From a virus (lineage: Duplodnaviria > Caudoviricetes), in the IMG/VR virus record IMGVR_UViG_3300037225_000485, positions 1 to 25,633 of that record: a DNA stretch of 25,633 nt; one strand, 5' to 3'. Below are positions 18,002 through 25,430 of this stretch, in pieces (position 1 is the stretch's first letter; each line of letters opens with the position of its first letter). A program made the position numbers and the translations under genes. The notes under the pieces were generated by a model. It saw only the letters and a list, made by a program, of their open reading frames with translations. It had not been told where the DNA came from and ran no database searches.

Positions 18002-18898
18002 TTAGAATATTTGACGCTCACGCATGTGGCGTAGGCGTCTCACTTGTGGACTAGCCCCTCCAACGAAAGATAGCGTGCCTAACCCCAATGGACTGGGCTT
18101 CATCGATGCTTTTATCATTTTACATTTCTCATACCAATTATCCATTTCCTTTGCATACTGACTATTCAAAAGCTCGGCTTGTTGTGGTGGAGTAAACCCA
18201 ATGCCATTATCATTGATAGTGAATTCTCTACCGCGCTCGATCAATGATTGGGCACCCAATGCAAGGTACAAAGCACCCTGTACTAGAATATCATGGAACT
18301 GCTCAATGATTGGCGTATCATCCCAGGTAAACATCGTAAATACAGGAAGTTCGTTAAACATCGTTAGTGATTGGCAAATAAAAGCCACCAACTCATCAAG
18401 AGTAAATACATCACAATCCTTGTAAACCGGATTGCCATGCTCATCCATTCTGCGCGCCTTGCCACGAGCCTTGAGCCTTGCTCTCAAAGATTTCACTACA
18501 TTGTTGATATTACAGATAGCAACCTGACTGAAATTATAGCCAGGATCATCGCCTAGCTTGTGCAAACCATCAGTATTAAGACCTGGAAGTTGAGAGTTGA
18601 ATGTCGTGAATGTATATTCACCAAGCATATCATATCCCTGGTAGAGACCGCTCCAGGCATCCTTCCATGTTCCAACTGGAGGATAAAGGCCAACGCAGTA
18701 ATTGAATTGATATGTACCCAAACCAATTCTCATAACGCCAGCACTGGTTGGTCCAACAGCAACCCCACCGCTTGGTTGAATGATTGTTATGGTTGGGAAA
18801 CTATCCAAATCAACGGGAGCCCCATCAATAGCAAATTTAGCCGCAAGAGCTACGGTATCGTTTGGTTGTATAATCTCTGAACGATGAAGAGTGGACAT
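18002..18898 (-). CDS. Putative head-tail adaptor (neck) protein with N-terminal Ig-like domain
   Basis: About 298 aa from ATG 18898. The helical C-domain (LRARL...FTLDELVAFI...INDNGIGF) is typical of adaptor proteins, and the N-domain is beta-rich. It lies upstream of the closure, terminator and sheath genes. Confidence 0.6.
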   Translation of the reverse strand: MSTLHRSEIIQPNDTVALAAKFAIDGAPVDLDSFPTITIIQPSGGVAVGPTSAGVMRIGLGTYQFNYCVGLYPPVGTWKDAWSGLYQGYDMLGEYTFTTFNSQLPGLNTDGLHKLGDDPGYNFSQVAICNINNVVKSLRARLKARGKARRMDEHGNPVYKDCDVFTLDELVAFICQSLTMFNELPVFTMFTWDDTPIIEQFHDILVQGALYLALGAQSLIERGREFTINDNGIGFTPPQQAELLNSQYAKEMDNWYEKCKMIKASMKPSPLGLGTLSFVGGASPQVRRLRHMRERQIF

Positions 18899-18926
18899 AT
18901 TTATATGTCTCATTAACGGCCTAAGG

Positions 18927-19511
18927 TTAGACCGGACTTACCGAAGTAACCCCAAATGGTCTTGCAGCATTAATTCCATATGTTTCCCAGTGCACACCAT
19001 CATCTTCTGTCCAAGAAATAGACGAGATATATGTTCCAATTGCCGGAACGCCACTTGGCAAACCAACACCATGAGCATATAAACCAACACCCACTCTGGT
19101 CATTGGCCTTGGGTAATGTTCAGCGCTCGATAGATCTGGAAACATTACTCGCTGAACAACTGGTACATAGTAACCATCATTAGGCTCACGTTCATGATGC
19201 TTGTGATGATGGTGATGGCCATGATGATGCCACCATCTATGCCACTCGTGATAATCTGTCGTATATCTTGCACAACTTAGCCACTCAGCTTGCCAGCTCG
19301 AATATCCGTCACAATATCCATCCGAATATCCGTCTGGATAATACCCGTCTGGCGGATCTGAATAATAGCCATCCGGCAGAAGATAACCATAGCCATCTAG
19401 CCAATTTCCATAGCCGTCCAAATCCATAGGGCGTCCGTCACTACCTAGCACTTGAACTATCAAACGAACCGTCTGCCCCGTATTAGCAAAGATGTAATTA
19501 ACAGATCCCAT
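18927..19511 (-). CDS. DGY-repeat, His-rich putative virion protein (Ig-like scaffold)
   Basis: 194 aa with eight DGY and the tract HEWHRWWHHHGHHHHHKHH. Its flanks resemble the N-domain of the adaptor, and motif B lies upstream. Confidence 0.7.
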   Translation of the reverse strand: MGSVNYIFANTGQTVRLIVQVLGSDGRPMDLDGYGNWLDGYGYLLPDGYYSDPPDGYYPDGYSDGYCDGYSSWQAEWLSCARYTTDYHEWHRWWHHHGHHHHHKHHEREPNDGYYVPVVQRVMFPDLSSAEHYPRPMTRVGVGLYAHGVGLPSGVPAIGTYISSISWTEDDGVHWETYGINAARPFGVTSVSPV

Positions 19512-19517
19512 GCCTAT

Positions 19518-19529
19518 ATGCCTTGTTAT
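19518..19529 (-). promoter_or_regulatory. Putative late promoter motif B
   Basis: ATA-acaag-GCAT followed by exactly 6 nt and then ATG. Confidence 0.55.
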
Positions 19530-19978
19530 TCGTCGTCAAAATTTTTCTTGAAAATAGGATCAACTGCCAAAATCGGAGCGCGATCCGCCGCATCCATATC
19601 CGCATTTTCTGCGGCAAAATCTTCAGCAGATCCCTCGTCCATATCCAGATCTGGAAATTCAAGTTGTTCAATCTCTGGCGGCTTTCGAATGGTACGAGTA
19701 GAACCCATATCCAAAACTTTAGCCACTTCAATCTTCTTGGTAAATATTTGAGGAGCTACAGACCTAACCTTTATGTGAAGTCCTTTCTGGTAAATCGAAC
19801 CACTTTGAATACTATCATCAATTTGCTTTCTGGTGATGTTGTACATAGATAAGCCATTTTTCTTCCTGGCAAGCAAATTTAAGCTTTGCCCACGGCGCAC
19901 CGTAATGGTTAGGTCCCCAATTGTAATATCCTGAAAACGATTGATGTTCGTAACCCAAAGCTCTTCTGGTTTATTCAC
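19526..19978 (-). CDS. Hypothetical protein with acidic C-terminus
   Basis: About 150 aa. The probable GTG start at 19978 overlaps the end of the cold-shock gene, and the ORF fills the gap in the operon. Confidence 0.6.
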   Translation of the reverse strand: MNKPEELWVTNINRFQDITIGDLTITVRRGQSLNLLARKKNGLSMYNITRKQIDDSIQSGSIYQKGLHIKVRSVAPQIFTKKIEVAKVLDMGSTRTIRKPPEIEQLEFPDLDMDEGSAEDFAAENADMDAADRAPILAVDPIFKKNFDDE

Positions 19979-20201
19979 CCTTTGCCTCAGATATAATAAC
20001 TTCAATTGCTTTGGGTTGTTTTCGATTGTTCAAACCAATTGAGAATATAACTTCTTGGCCTTTCTTCAAAGTTTTGAAACCTTCGCTGATAATGTCAGAC
20101 CAATGTACAAACAAATCAGCCTCGTCTGGTCTGGAGATGAATCCGTACCCTAAGCTTGCATCAAACCAAACCACCGTCCCAACATATTTTTCTTCTTGCA
20201 T
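19971..20201 (-). CDS. csp: Cold-shock domain protein
   Basis: GTVVWF...GYGFI (RNP1)...LFVHWSDI (RNP2)...GFKTLKKGQEVIF. Real start is probably ATG 20201 (76 aa), not 20363. Confidence 0.9.
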   Translation of the reverse strand: MQEEKYVGTVVWFDASLGYGFISRPDEADLFVHWSDIISEGFKTLKKGQEVIFSIGLNNRKQPKAIEVIISEAKGE

Positions 20202-20280
20202 AATCTTCCTTAATGGACTTTCTTTACCGCCAAGCGGCTCCTTCAAGGCTATACTAAGATATTGCTTCTTCTTGGTAACA

Positions 20281-20574
20281 TTAATCCAATCGAACCATTC
20301 CCTTATGCTGATCGATTGCTTCTTGATATCCAATATCGGGTGGTAAAACACCAACACCATCAACTACCAGCCCACCAACACATCCAATGGTCTTATGAAT
20401 CTCAGCTATTCCCATAGCTGCAATTTGATGACGCTCAAGATTAGATTTGGCACCTTTAACTGCATTCTGAAATTTCTCAATAAGTTTCCTTACCTTATCT
20501 TCGCAGCCCTGTTCACGCGCCAACTTCAAAATGATTATGATCGTTTCTCGCTCTGATTGAATTTTTCTACTCAT
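20281..20574 (-). CDS. Hypothetical protein
   Basis: 97 aa, translationally coupled to the upstream HNH gene (ATGA overlap). Confidence 0.65.
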   Translation of the reverse strand: MSRKIQSERETIIIILKLAREQGCEDKVRKLIEKFQNAVKGAKSNLERHQIAAMGIAEIHKTIGCVGGLVVDGVGVLPPDIGYQEAIDQHKGMVRLD

Positions 20575-20903
20575 AAAAATACCTTCATTGATTCGGACCT
20601 AGTGGGTTTGAATGGAATACTGGCCAAATCAGGAACATTACACTTTCCATTCTCTTCAAATACCAACGTACGTTTATATGGCAGTTTAGTGGACGAAAAA
20701 ACTCCAATAATATTAATCTGGCCAGCATGCGTTTTATTATGACAATTACTGCAGATTACACAGACATTATCCCACTCATCGGTGCATAAGGGGTCAGTTC
20801 TTGGAATTATATGATGTCTATGAAGAACGGCCCTGTTATTTTCACTGCAAATTTCACAATTGATCTTTTTTACGCTTCTGAAATAACTACTCCGCCTGCC
20901 CAT
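20571..20903 (-). CDS. Small HNH endonuclease
   Basis: CEIC...LHRHHIIP...NVCVICSNCHNKTH. Confidence 0.85.
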   Translation of the reverse strand: MGRRSSYFRSVKKINCEICSENNRAVLHRHHIIPRTDPLCTDEWDNVCVICSNCHNKTHAGQINIIGVFSSTKLPYKRTLVFEENGKCNVPDLASIPFKPTRSESMKVFL

Positions 20904-20904
20904 A

Positions 20905-21993
20905 TCATTGGAATATATCAGGCTTTGGACAATACTTAATCAGGGCTTGAGCCACTATCCTGGCTTCTCGCTCTCCATAATCTCCCCACTGGGAGATTCG
21001 AAGATTGTCTTGGGAGCTGCCGCCATACCCTAATGCCGTCATGACTGGATTTGTATTTGAGTGCAAAGATCCACAAGCAGATCCAAGACCTACAAATATC
21101 CCTTCAGCTTCCAGTTGGGCCATTACGTGCGGGCCCATCTTCTTGCCAATATTCAGAAAAGTAGCATGCGGAATTCTGTTGGTATTTTCACCAATTATCT
21201 CAATACCAATCGATCTAGCCGCTGATTCAATTATAGAACGAAATGTCAAGGCCCTGTGATATCTGGACTGTAACGTTTTGATAGCTTCTTCCAAAGCTAC
21301 GGATGTGGCTAGAACCATTCCAGCATCTGGTGTTCCAGTACGATCTGAGTGATATCTGCTTCCAACTCCAAATTCTCTCCACCATTTATTATCTCTTATA
21401 TATATGAAACCAACATTTACTGGGCCACCAAATTTATGAGCCCCAAATACACCTATCATCAAATTTGGTATTGTAGAAACATTTACTGGAATTTTGCCAA
21501 GTGATTGAGTCATGTCACAAAAGAATGGAACCTTAATATTCTCTATGTCTTGTATTGTACCAATTTCATTTTGTACATGAATACATACGAAAGCAGATTT
21601 CTCAGGAGGGATAAATGTACAAGCTACAATTCCGTCTTTATTTACAAAGAGATCGTTATTACCAAAGAGTTCTCTAGATTTTATTGAGACAGATTTATGT
21701 TCAAGGGTAGAACAATAGACTTTGCTAAAATTCTGTGCATGTAATAATTCCAATCCCCATTCGCAGGCTTGGGTACAGGATGAGGTAAATATGATTTGGT
21801 TGGGATTTTCAGCGCCGATTAATTTGGCAATTTTGGTTCTTGCCGTCTCGATTTCAGAAGCAGCCTGTCTGCCGGGCATAGAGATAGACATCGCATGGCC
21901 ATGTCCGGCTATCGATTGATTGAAGCTTACATATGCTTCCAGGGCCTTTGGATGGAGAGGAAGATGCGCATTAGCATCTAAAAATATTTGCAT
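20905..21993 (-). CDS. iscS: Cysteine desulfurase (IscS/NifS group I family, PLP-dependent)
   Basis: Motifs IFLDANA, IIFTS, QNEIGTIQDI, DMTQSLGKIP, GAHKFGGP (PLP Lys), GTP and GSAC (catalytic Cys). Confidence 0.9.
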   Translation of the reverse strand: MQIFLDANAHLPLHPKALEAYVSFNQSIAGHGHAMSISMPGRQAASEIETARTKIAKLIGAENPNQIIFTSSCTQACEWGLELLHAQNFSKVYCSTLEHKSVSIKSRELFGNNDLFVNKDGIVACTFIPPEKSAFVCIHVQNEIGTIQDIENIKVPFFCDMTQSLGKIPVNVSTIPNLMIGVFGAHKFGGPVNVGFIYIRDNKWWREFGVGSRYHSDRTGTPDAGMVLATSVALEEAIKTLQSRYHRALTFRSIIESAARSIGIEIIGENTNRIPHATFLNIGKKMGPHVMAQLEAEGIFVGLGSACGSLHSNTNPVMTALGYGGSSQDNLRISQWGDYGEREARIVAQALIKYCPKPDIFQ

Positions 21994-22072
21994 TGATCAT
22001 GTATATATCGGGCTTGAAGCGCAAGCTTCCGCTTGTAGTCAGTCGAGGGACGGGTGTTTGGACCTTGGTGTG

Positions 22073-22396
22073 TCATGAAGTCCACCAATATACGATGGCT
22101 CCAAGAGTTGGCTCCAAAGTCCCACCTCCAGGATAAGCTCCGGATAGGTCTGTTGTCTCCCACTCCACAAAGGCCGATGACTCAGTTCTCCAAGCTCTCT
22201 TGTGATAGTGAGTTGTGGTTTGCTTGTATTGTACTGCCTCACCGTTAGCTGAGATAGAGAACTCAAAATTACTCTCGTATTTGTAAAGGGAGCTAATAGA
22301 GTCCCCATCTGCGACACAAGCAACACCAGCGTAACCATCGTAACCATCAGGTGGGGTAGAGCTACCCCAAATAAACTCACCATCATAATCAGCCAT
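22073..22396 (-). CDS. Small hypothetical, probably virion-associated protein with tandem DGYDGY
   Basis: 107 aa with strong SD GAGGTG; third gene of the collagen-fibre operon. Confidence 0.65.
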   Translation of the reverse strand: MADYDGEFIWGSSTPPDGYDGYAGVACVADGDSISSLYKYESNFEFSISANGEAVQYKQTTTHYHKRAWRTESSAFVEWETTDLSGAYPGGGTLEPTLGAIVYWWTS

Positions 22397-22412
22397 AAAT
22401 TCACCTCAACGA

Positions 22413-23363
22413 CTATGCTATTACAGGGGTTGATACTCCATCCCACGGGAGTACAAACTGGTTGAGTTGAATAAGTGCCAAACCTGCTGCCGGGTAGGTA
22501 GAACCAGTAGCAATGGATGACGAACCCGCCCACATATCAACTAACCTCCCGGCCCGTCCTGTTGCACCACCCGTGGCAGAAAACACTGACAAGGGTGATA
22601 TCGGATAAGCACCACTGAAGTTGGAGATTGATCCGGAGGCTTGATTGACTACAGGGGATTGGCTGTTTGTTGTCCCATAGGCCTCACTGCAGGTGTACCC
22701 AGTAAAGTTGATCGAACTGTATCTTCCGGCCCAATAAGCGCTTCCTTGAAAGGAACCAAGAGTTACTTCTCCTGACGAAGATTTGCAGACACCTACTGCT
22801 TTATTCGTCAAAGGAGAGTCTGCTAGGTATTCAATAAAGAACATTGATCGAACTGTAGACCCAGCAAGTATCACAACTCTAGTTGACTTCCCAGTAGAAT
22901 CCATCCAGACATCGAGAATAGTATTCACTGATGATTGGTAGTAAATCCAACTAGAATTACTTAGGATTGTCACAGAATCGCTTGCAGTTGGTGCTGCTGT
23001 AAGACTCCCTCCGGTGAACCCAGCGAAAGACATTAGGATATTACAATTTAGTTGGGTGTAATTAGAGAGATCAATTAGTATTTGGAACGTTGATGCCACA
23101 CCTGTTTGCTGCAGAACAATCCAAGAATGGTTACTTCCAGCGCTAGTCCATACAAGTTTGGTGTAATCAGACCAGTAATCCGAGGCCCCAAAATTAGAAG
23201 TTCCGTCGCTTGAACTGACAACAGTCCAAGGGCTGCTGATAAAACCAACTAAGCTGGCTTTGATCAGATACATCAAGTTCTGTAGATCTACTGTGAGAGA
23301 AGTCGGTGCGACCTGTTGGTTGACGTTGTATTGCCAAGTTCTTTCGAGAGAAGGGAGTGCCAT
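22413..23363 (-). CDS. Ser/Thr/Gly-rich putative virion protein
   Basis: 316 aa, SD GAGGT, beta-rich composition, directly downstream of the collagen-like gene. Confidence 0.65.
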   Translation of the reverse strand: MALPSLERTWQYNVNQQVAPTSLTVDLQNLMYLIKASLVGFISSPWTVVSSSDGTSNFGASDYWSDYTKLVWTSAGSNHSWIVLQQTGVASTFQILIDLSNYTQLNCNILMSFAGFTGGSLTAAPTASDSVTILSNSSWIYYQSSVNTILDVWMDSTGKSTRVVILAGSTVRSMFFIEYLADSPLTNKAVGVCKSSSGEVTLGSFQGSAYWAGRYSSINFTGYTCSEAYGTTNSQSPVVNQASGSISNFSGAYPISPLSVFSATGGATGRAGRLVDMWAGSSSIATGSTYPAAGLALIQLNQFVLPWDGVSTPVIA

Positions 23364-23372
23364 AAATTTACC

Positions 23373-25430
23373 TCATGAAAATGTTACAATGACTACTGCT
23401 GATAGACAGATGGCATTACCACCCGAGATTGTTGGTGTGGCTATCCAAAGTTCCAAAACAGAACTACCCGACGCGGGTGTGATTGTAGAACTAGCGACGT
23501 ACTCTGTTTGGGGACCACTGATAACAGTTGATTCCCATAGAGTGTTGTGATTTGTTACATCATACAGGCGCACTTGAGCCGTTGAGGATGTTGGGATATT
23601 AAGGGTAGCTGAGAACACGAAAGATAACGATCCACTACCAAGAGCTGAGTAATTGGTTGATGGAATCAGTCCAACAACCGTATAGCTAGCCCCAACGGCC
23701 TGTAATCCAGATATAAGCGGTAAGTATAAGTAAGACGGGGCGGGCCCTCCGCCACCGCCGCCACTAGCACCCTGGAACCCTTGAGTACCTTGTGCTCCAG
23801 TACCTTGATTGCCTTGTGCTCCAGTACCTCCACTACCTTGATTGCCTTGTGCTCCAGTACCTCCACTACCTTGGTTCCCTTGAAACCCAGCTCCTGTTAG
23901 GCCTTGGTTCCCCTGGTTACCTTGGACTCCAATAGCGTCATTACCCTGGTTCCCTTGAAACCCAGCCCCTACACTCCCCTGGTTCCCTTGGACTCCAATA
24001 GCATCATTACCTTGGTTCCCTTGAAACCCAGCTCCTGTTAGACCTTGATTCCCTTGGTTACCTTGGACTCCAATAGCGTCATTACCCTGGTTCCCTTGAA
24101 ACCCAGCTCCTACATTACCCTGGTTCCCTTGGACGCCAGCTCCTGTTGTGCCTTGATTGCCTTGATTCCCTTGATTCCCTTGATTCCCCTGGTTCCCCTG
24201 TACTCCTGTCGCGCCGGTGGTCCCTTGATTCCCTTGGTTACCCTGACTTCCAACATTCCCTTGATTGCCTTGATTCCCTTGGTTACCTTGATTCCCCTGC
24301 ACACCTGAGGCACCGGTTGCACCTTGATTCCCTTGGTTTCCTTGAGTTCCTAGATTGCCTTGATTACCTTGTATACCAGCTGAGGGTTGGCCAGCAACGG
24401 TTATAACACAGCCGCCAGAGACGGTATTCCCGCCTTCCCCAGGGGTGTACAGATCCACGTTAATTTCTAACGTGGTCCCACTGTATGACACGCATACGCC
24501 TTCAACCCACCATCCATTAAACGTCGCGGTTACTCGTAAACGTATGCCTGCGGCAAACCCATCACCCGAATGAGCAGTAGTAAAAAACTTGGCCCCTAGC
24601 GTTAGATTTACATCGCTCAAAGATGTATCTGTTATGACAGAAGAGCCACCAATACCTTGATTGCCTTGCCATCCTTGATTACCTTGGTTGCCCTGAACGC
24701 CTGTTGACCCTACAGTGCCTTGATTACCTTGAACACCTGTAGTACCAACACCCTGATTACCCTGTCGTCCTTGAGGTCCCTGATTGCCCTGAACCCCGGT
24801 GCCTCCAACATCGCCTTGGTTTCCCTGAGCGCCGGTATTACCTTGATTGCCTTGAGGCCCTGGGTTCGTGCCTTGGTATCCTTGCCCGCCAGTGGTCCCT
24901 TGGTTCCCTGTGAGACCCTGGTTACCTTGCGATCCAGCTCCTTGATTTCCTTGAACCCCTGCACCAACACTCCCTTGCCACCCCTGTTGGCCTTGAGTGC
25001 CCTGAGCCCCTTGAACTCCTGAACCGCCCGTCGTAACAAGAGCAAACACCGCCGTCCCGTCCGTAGCAGTCTGCCGATACATCGGAGTGCCAGCGCTTCC
25101 AGGCACGGACAACAGCGCCCCGTACAGCAATGGATCACCAGTAGCCGTACAAATCGTCGCAGTAGTCAGTGTATAAATCGCGCCTGTCGATTGATTCAGC
25201 AGTCGCACGTGAGCAGCAACGTCAGCAGCCCACGACGCACCCGCGACCGCACCGTCCCAATCAGCGGCACTTGTGGCTGCGGGGTTGAATCCCGCAATGG
25301 CCGCCACGTTCAACTGGTATTTGCAGTTCTCGTACGACTGCCGCTCGATTCGCTTGCCTTGGGCGGATAGCATCCCCTCTGTGCTTTCAGTGGCCAGCAA
25401 ACTCGTGTCTTTGTACGATACAAAACCCAT
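23373..25430 (-). CDS. Collagen-like fibre protein (Gly-X-Gln repeats)
   Basis: 685 aa: globular N-domain, collagen block, ~90-aa globular insert, second collagen block, C-terminal beta domain. SD GAGGT. Confidence 0.85.
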   Translation of the reverse strand: MGFVSYKDTSLLATESTEGMLSAQGKRIERQSYENCKYQLNVAAIAGFNPAATSAADWDGAVAGASWAADVAAHVRLLNQSTGAIYTLTTATICTATGDPLLYGALLSVPGSAGTPMYRQTATDGTAVFALVTTGGSGVQGAQGTQGQQGWQGSVGAGVQGNQGAGSQGNQGLTGNQGTTGGQGYQGTNPGPQGNQGNTGAQGNQGDVGGTGVQGNQGPQGRQGNQGVGTTGVQGNQGTVGSTGVQGNQGNQGWQGNQGIGGSSVITDTSLSDVNLTLGAKFFTTAHSGDGFAAGIRLRVTATFNGWWVEGVCVSYSGTTLEINVDLYTPGEGGNTVSGGCVITVAGQPSAGIQGNQGNLGTQGNQGNQGATGASGVQGNQGNQGNQGNQGNVGSQGNQGNQGTTGATGVQGNQGNQGNQGNQGNQGTTGAGVQGNQGNVGAGFQGNQGNDAIGVQGNQGNQGLTGAGFQGNQGNDAIGVQGNQGSVGAGFQGNQGNDAIGVQGNQGNQGLTGAGFQGNQGSGGTGAQGNQGSGGTGAQGNQGTGAQGTQGFQGASGGGGGGPAPSYLYLPLISGLQAVGASYTVVGLIPSTNYSALGSGSLSFVFSATLNIPTSSTAQVRLYDVTNHNTLWESTVISGPQTEYVASSTITPASGSSVLELWIATPTISGGNAICLSAVVIVTFS
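23770..24375 (-). repeat. Collagen-like 9-bp-period repeat block (GNQ/GVQ/GFQ)n with higher-order duplications
   Basis: ccttgattc/ccttggttc periodicity; the unit GFQGNQGNDAIGVQGNQ occurs three times; near-exact ~97-bp copies at ~23870 and ~24011. Confidence 0.85.
24655..25020 (-). repeat. Collagen-like repeat block (Gly-X-Gln/Thr)
   Basis: GVQGAQGTQGQQGWQG...GNQGWQGNQG. Confidence 0.85.

Noticed and set aside
20202-20363. N-terminal extension of the cold-shock protein, and similar upstream starts at 6216, 15350, 16938, 17951, 18913 and 20005
   Set aside because: These extensions mostly overlap upstream genes or promoter motifs, and downstream starts have better SD, coupling or motif spacing.
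20905-21993. Dnd/Ssp phosphorothioation system
   Set aside because: Only a desulfurase is present; no dndBCDE or ssp genes in the window.
22016-22029. GAAGC-GCAA-GCTTC mini-hairpin as a terminator
   Set aside because: Only a 5-bp stem and no U-tract on the transcribed strand.
22039-22533. 164-aa minus-strand ORF overlapping two genes
   Set aside because: It is in a third frame across the 316-aa and 107-aa genes. The 107-aa ORF has the strong SD (GAGGTG) and more natural composition.
23666-25138. Alternate-frame ORFs and a possible CRISPR-like array in the collagen gene
   Set aside because: Both result from the 9-bp coding periodicity; there is no constant repeat with unique spacers.
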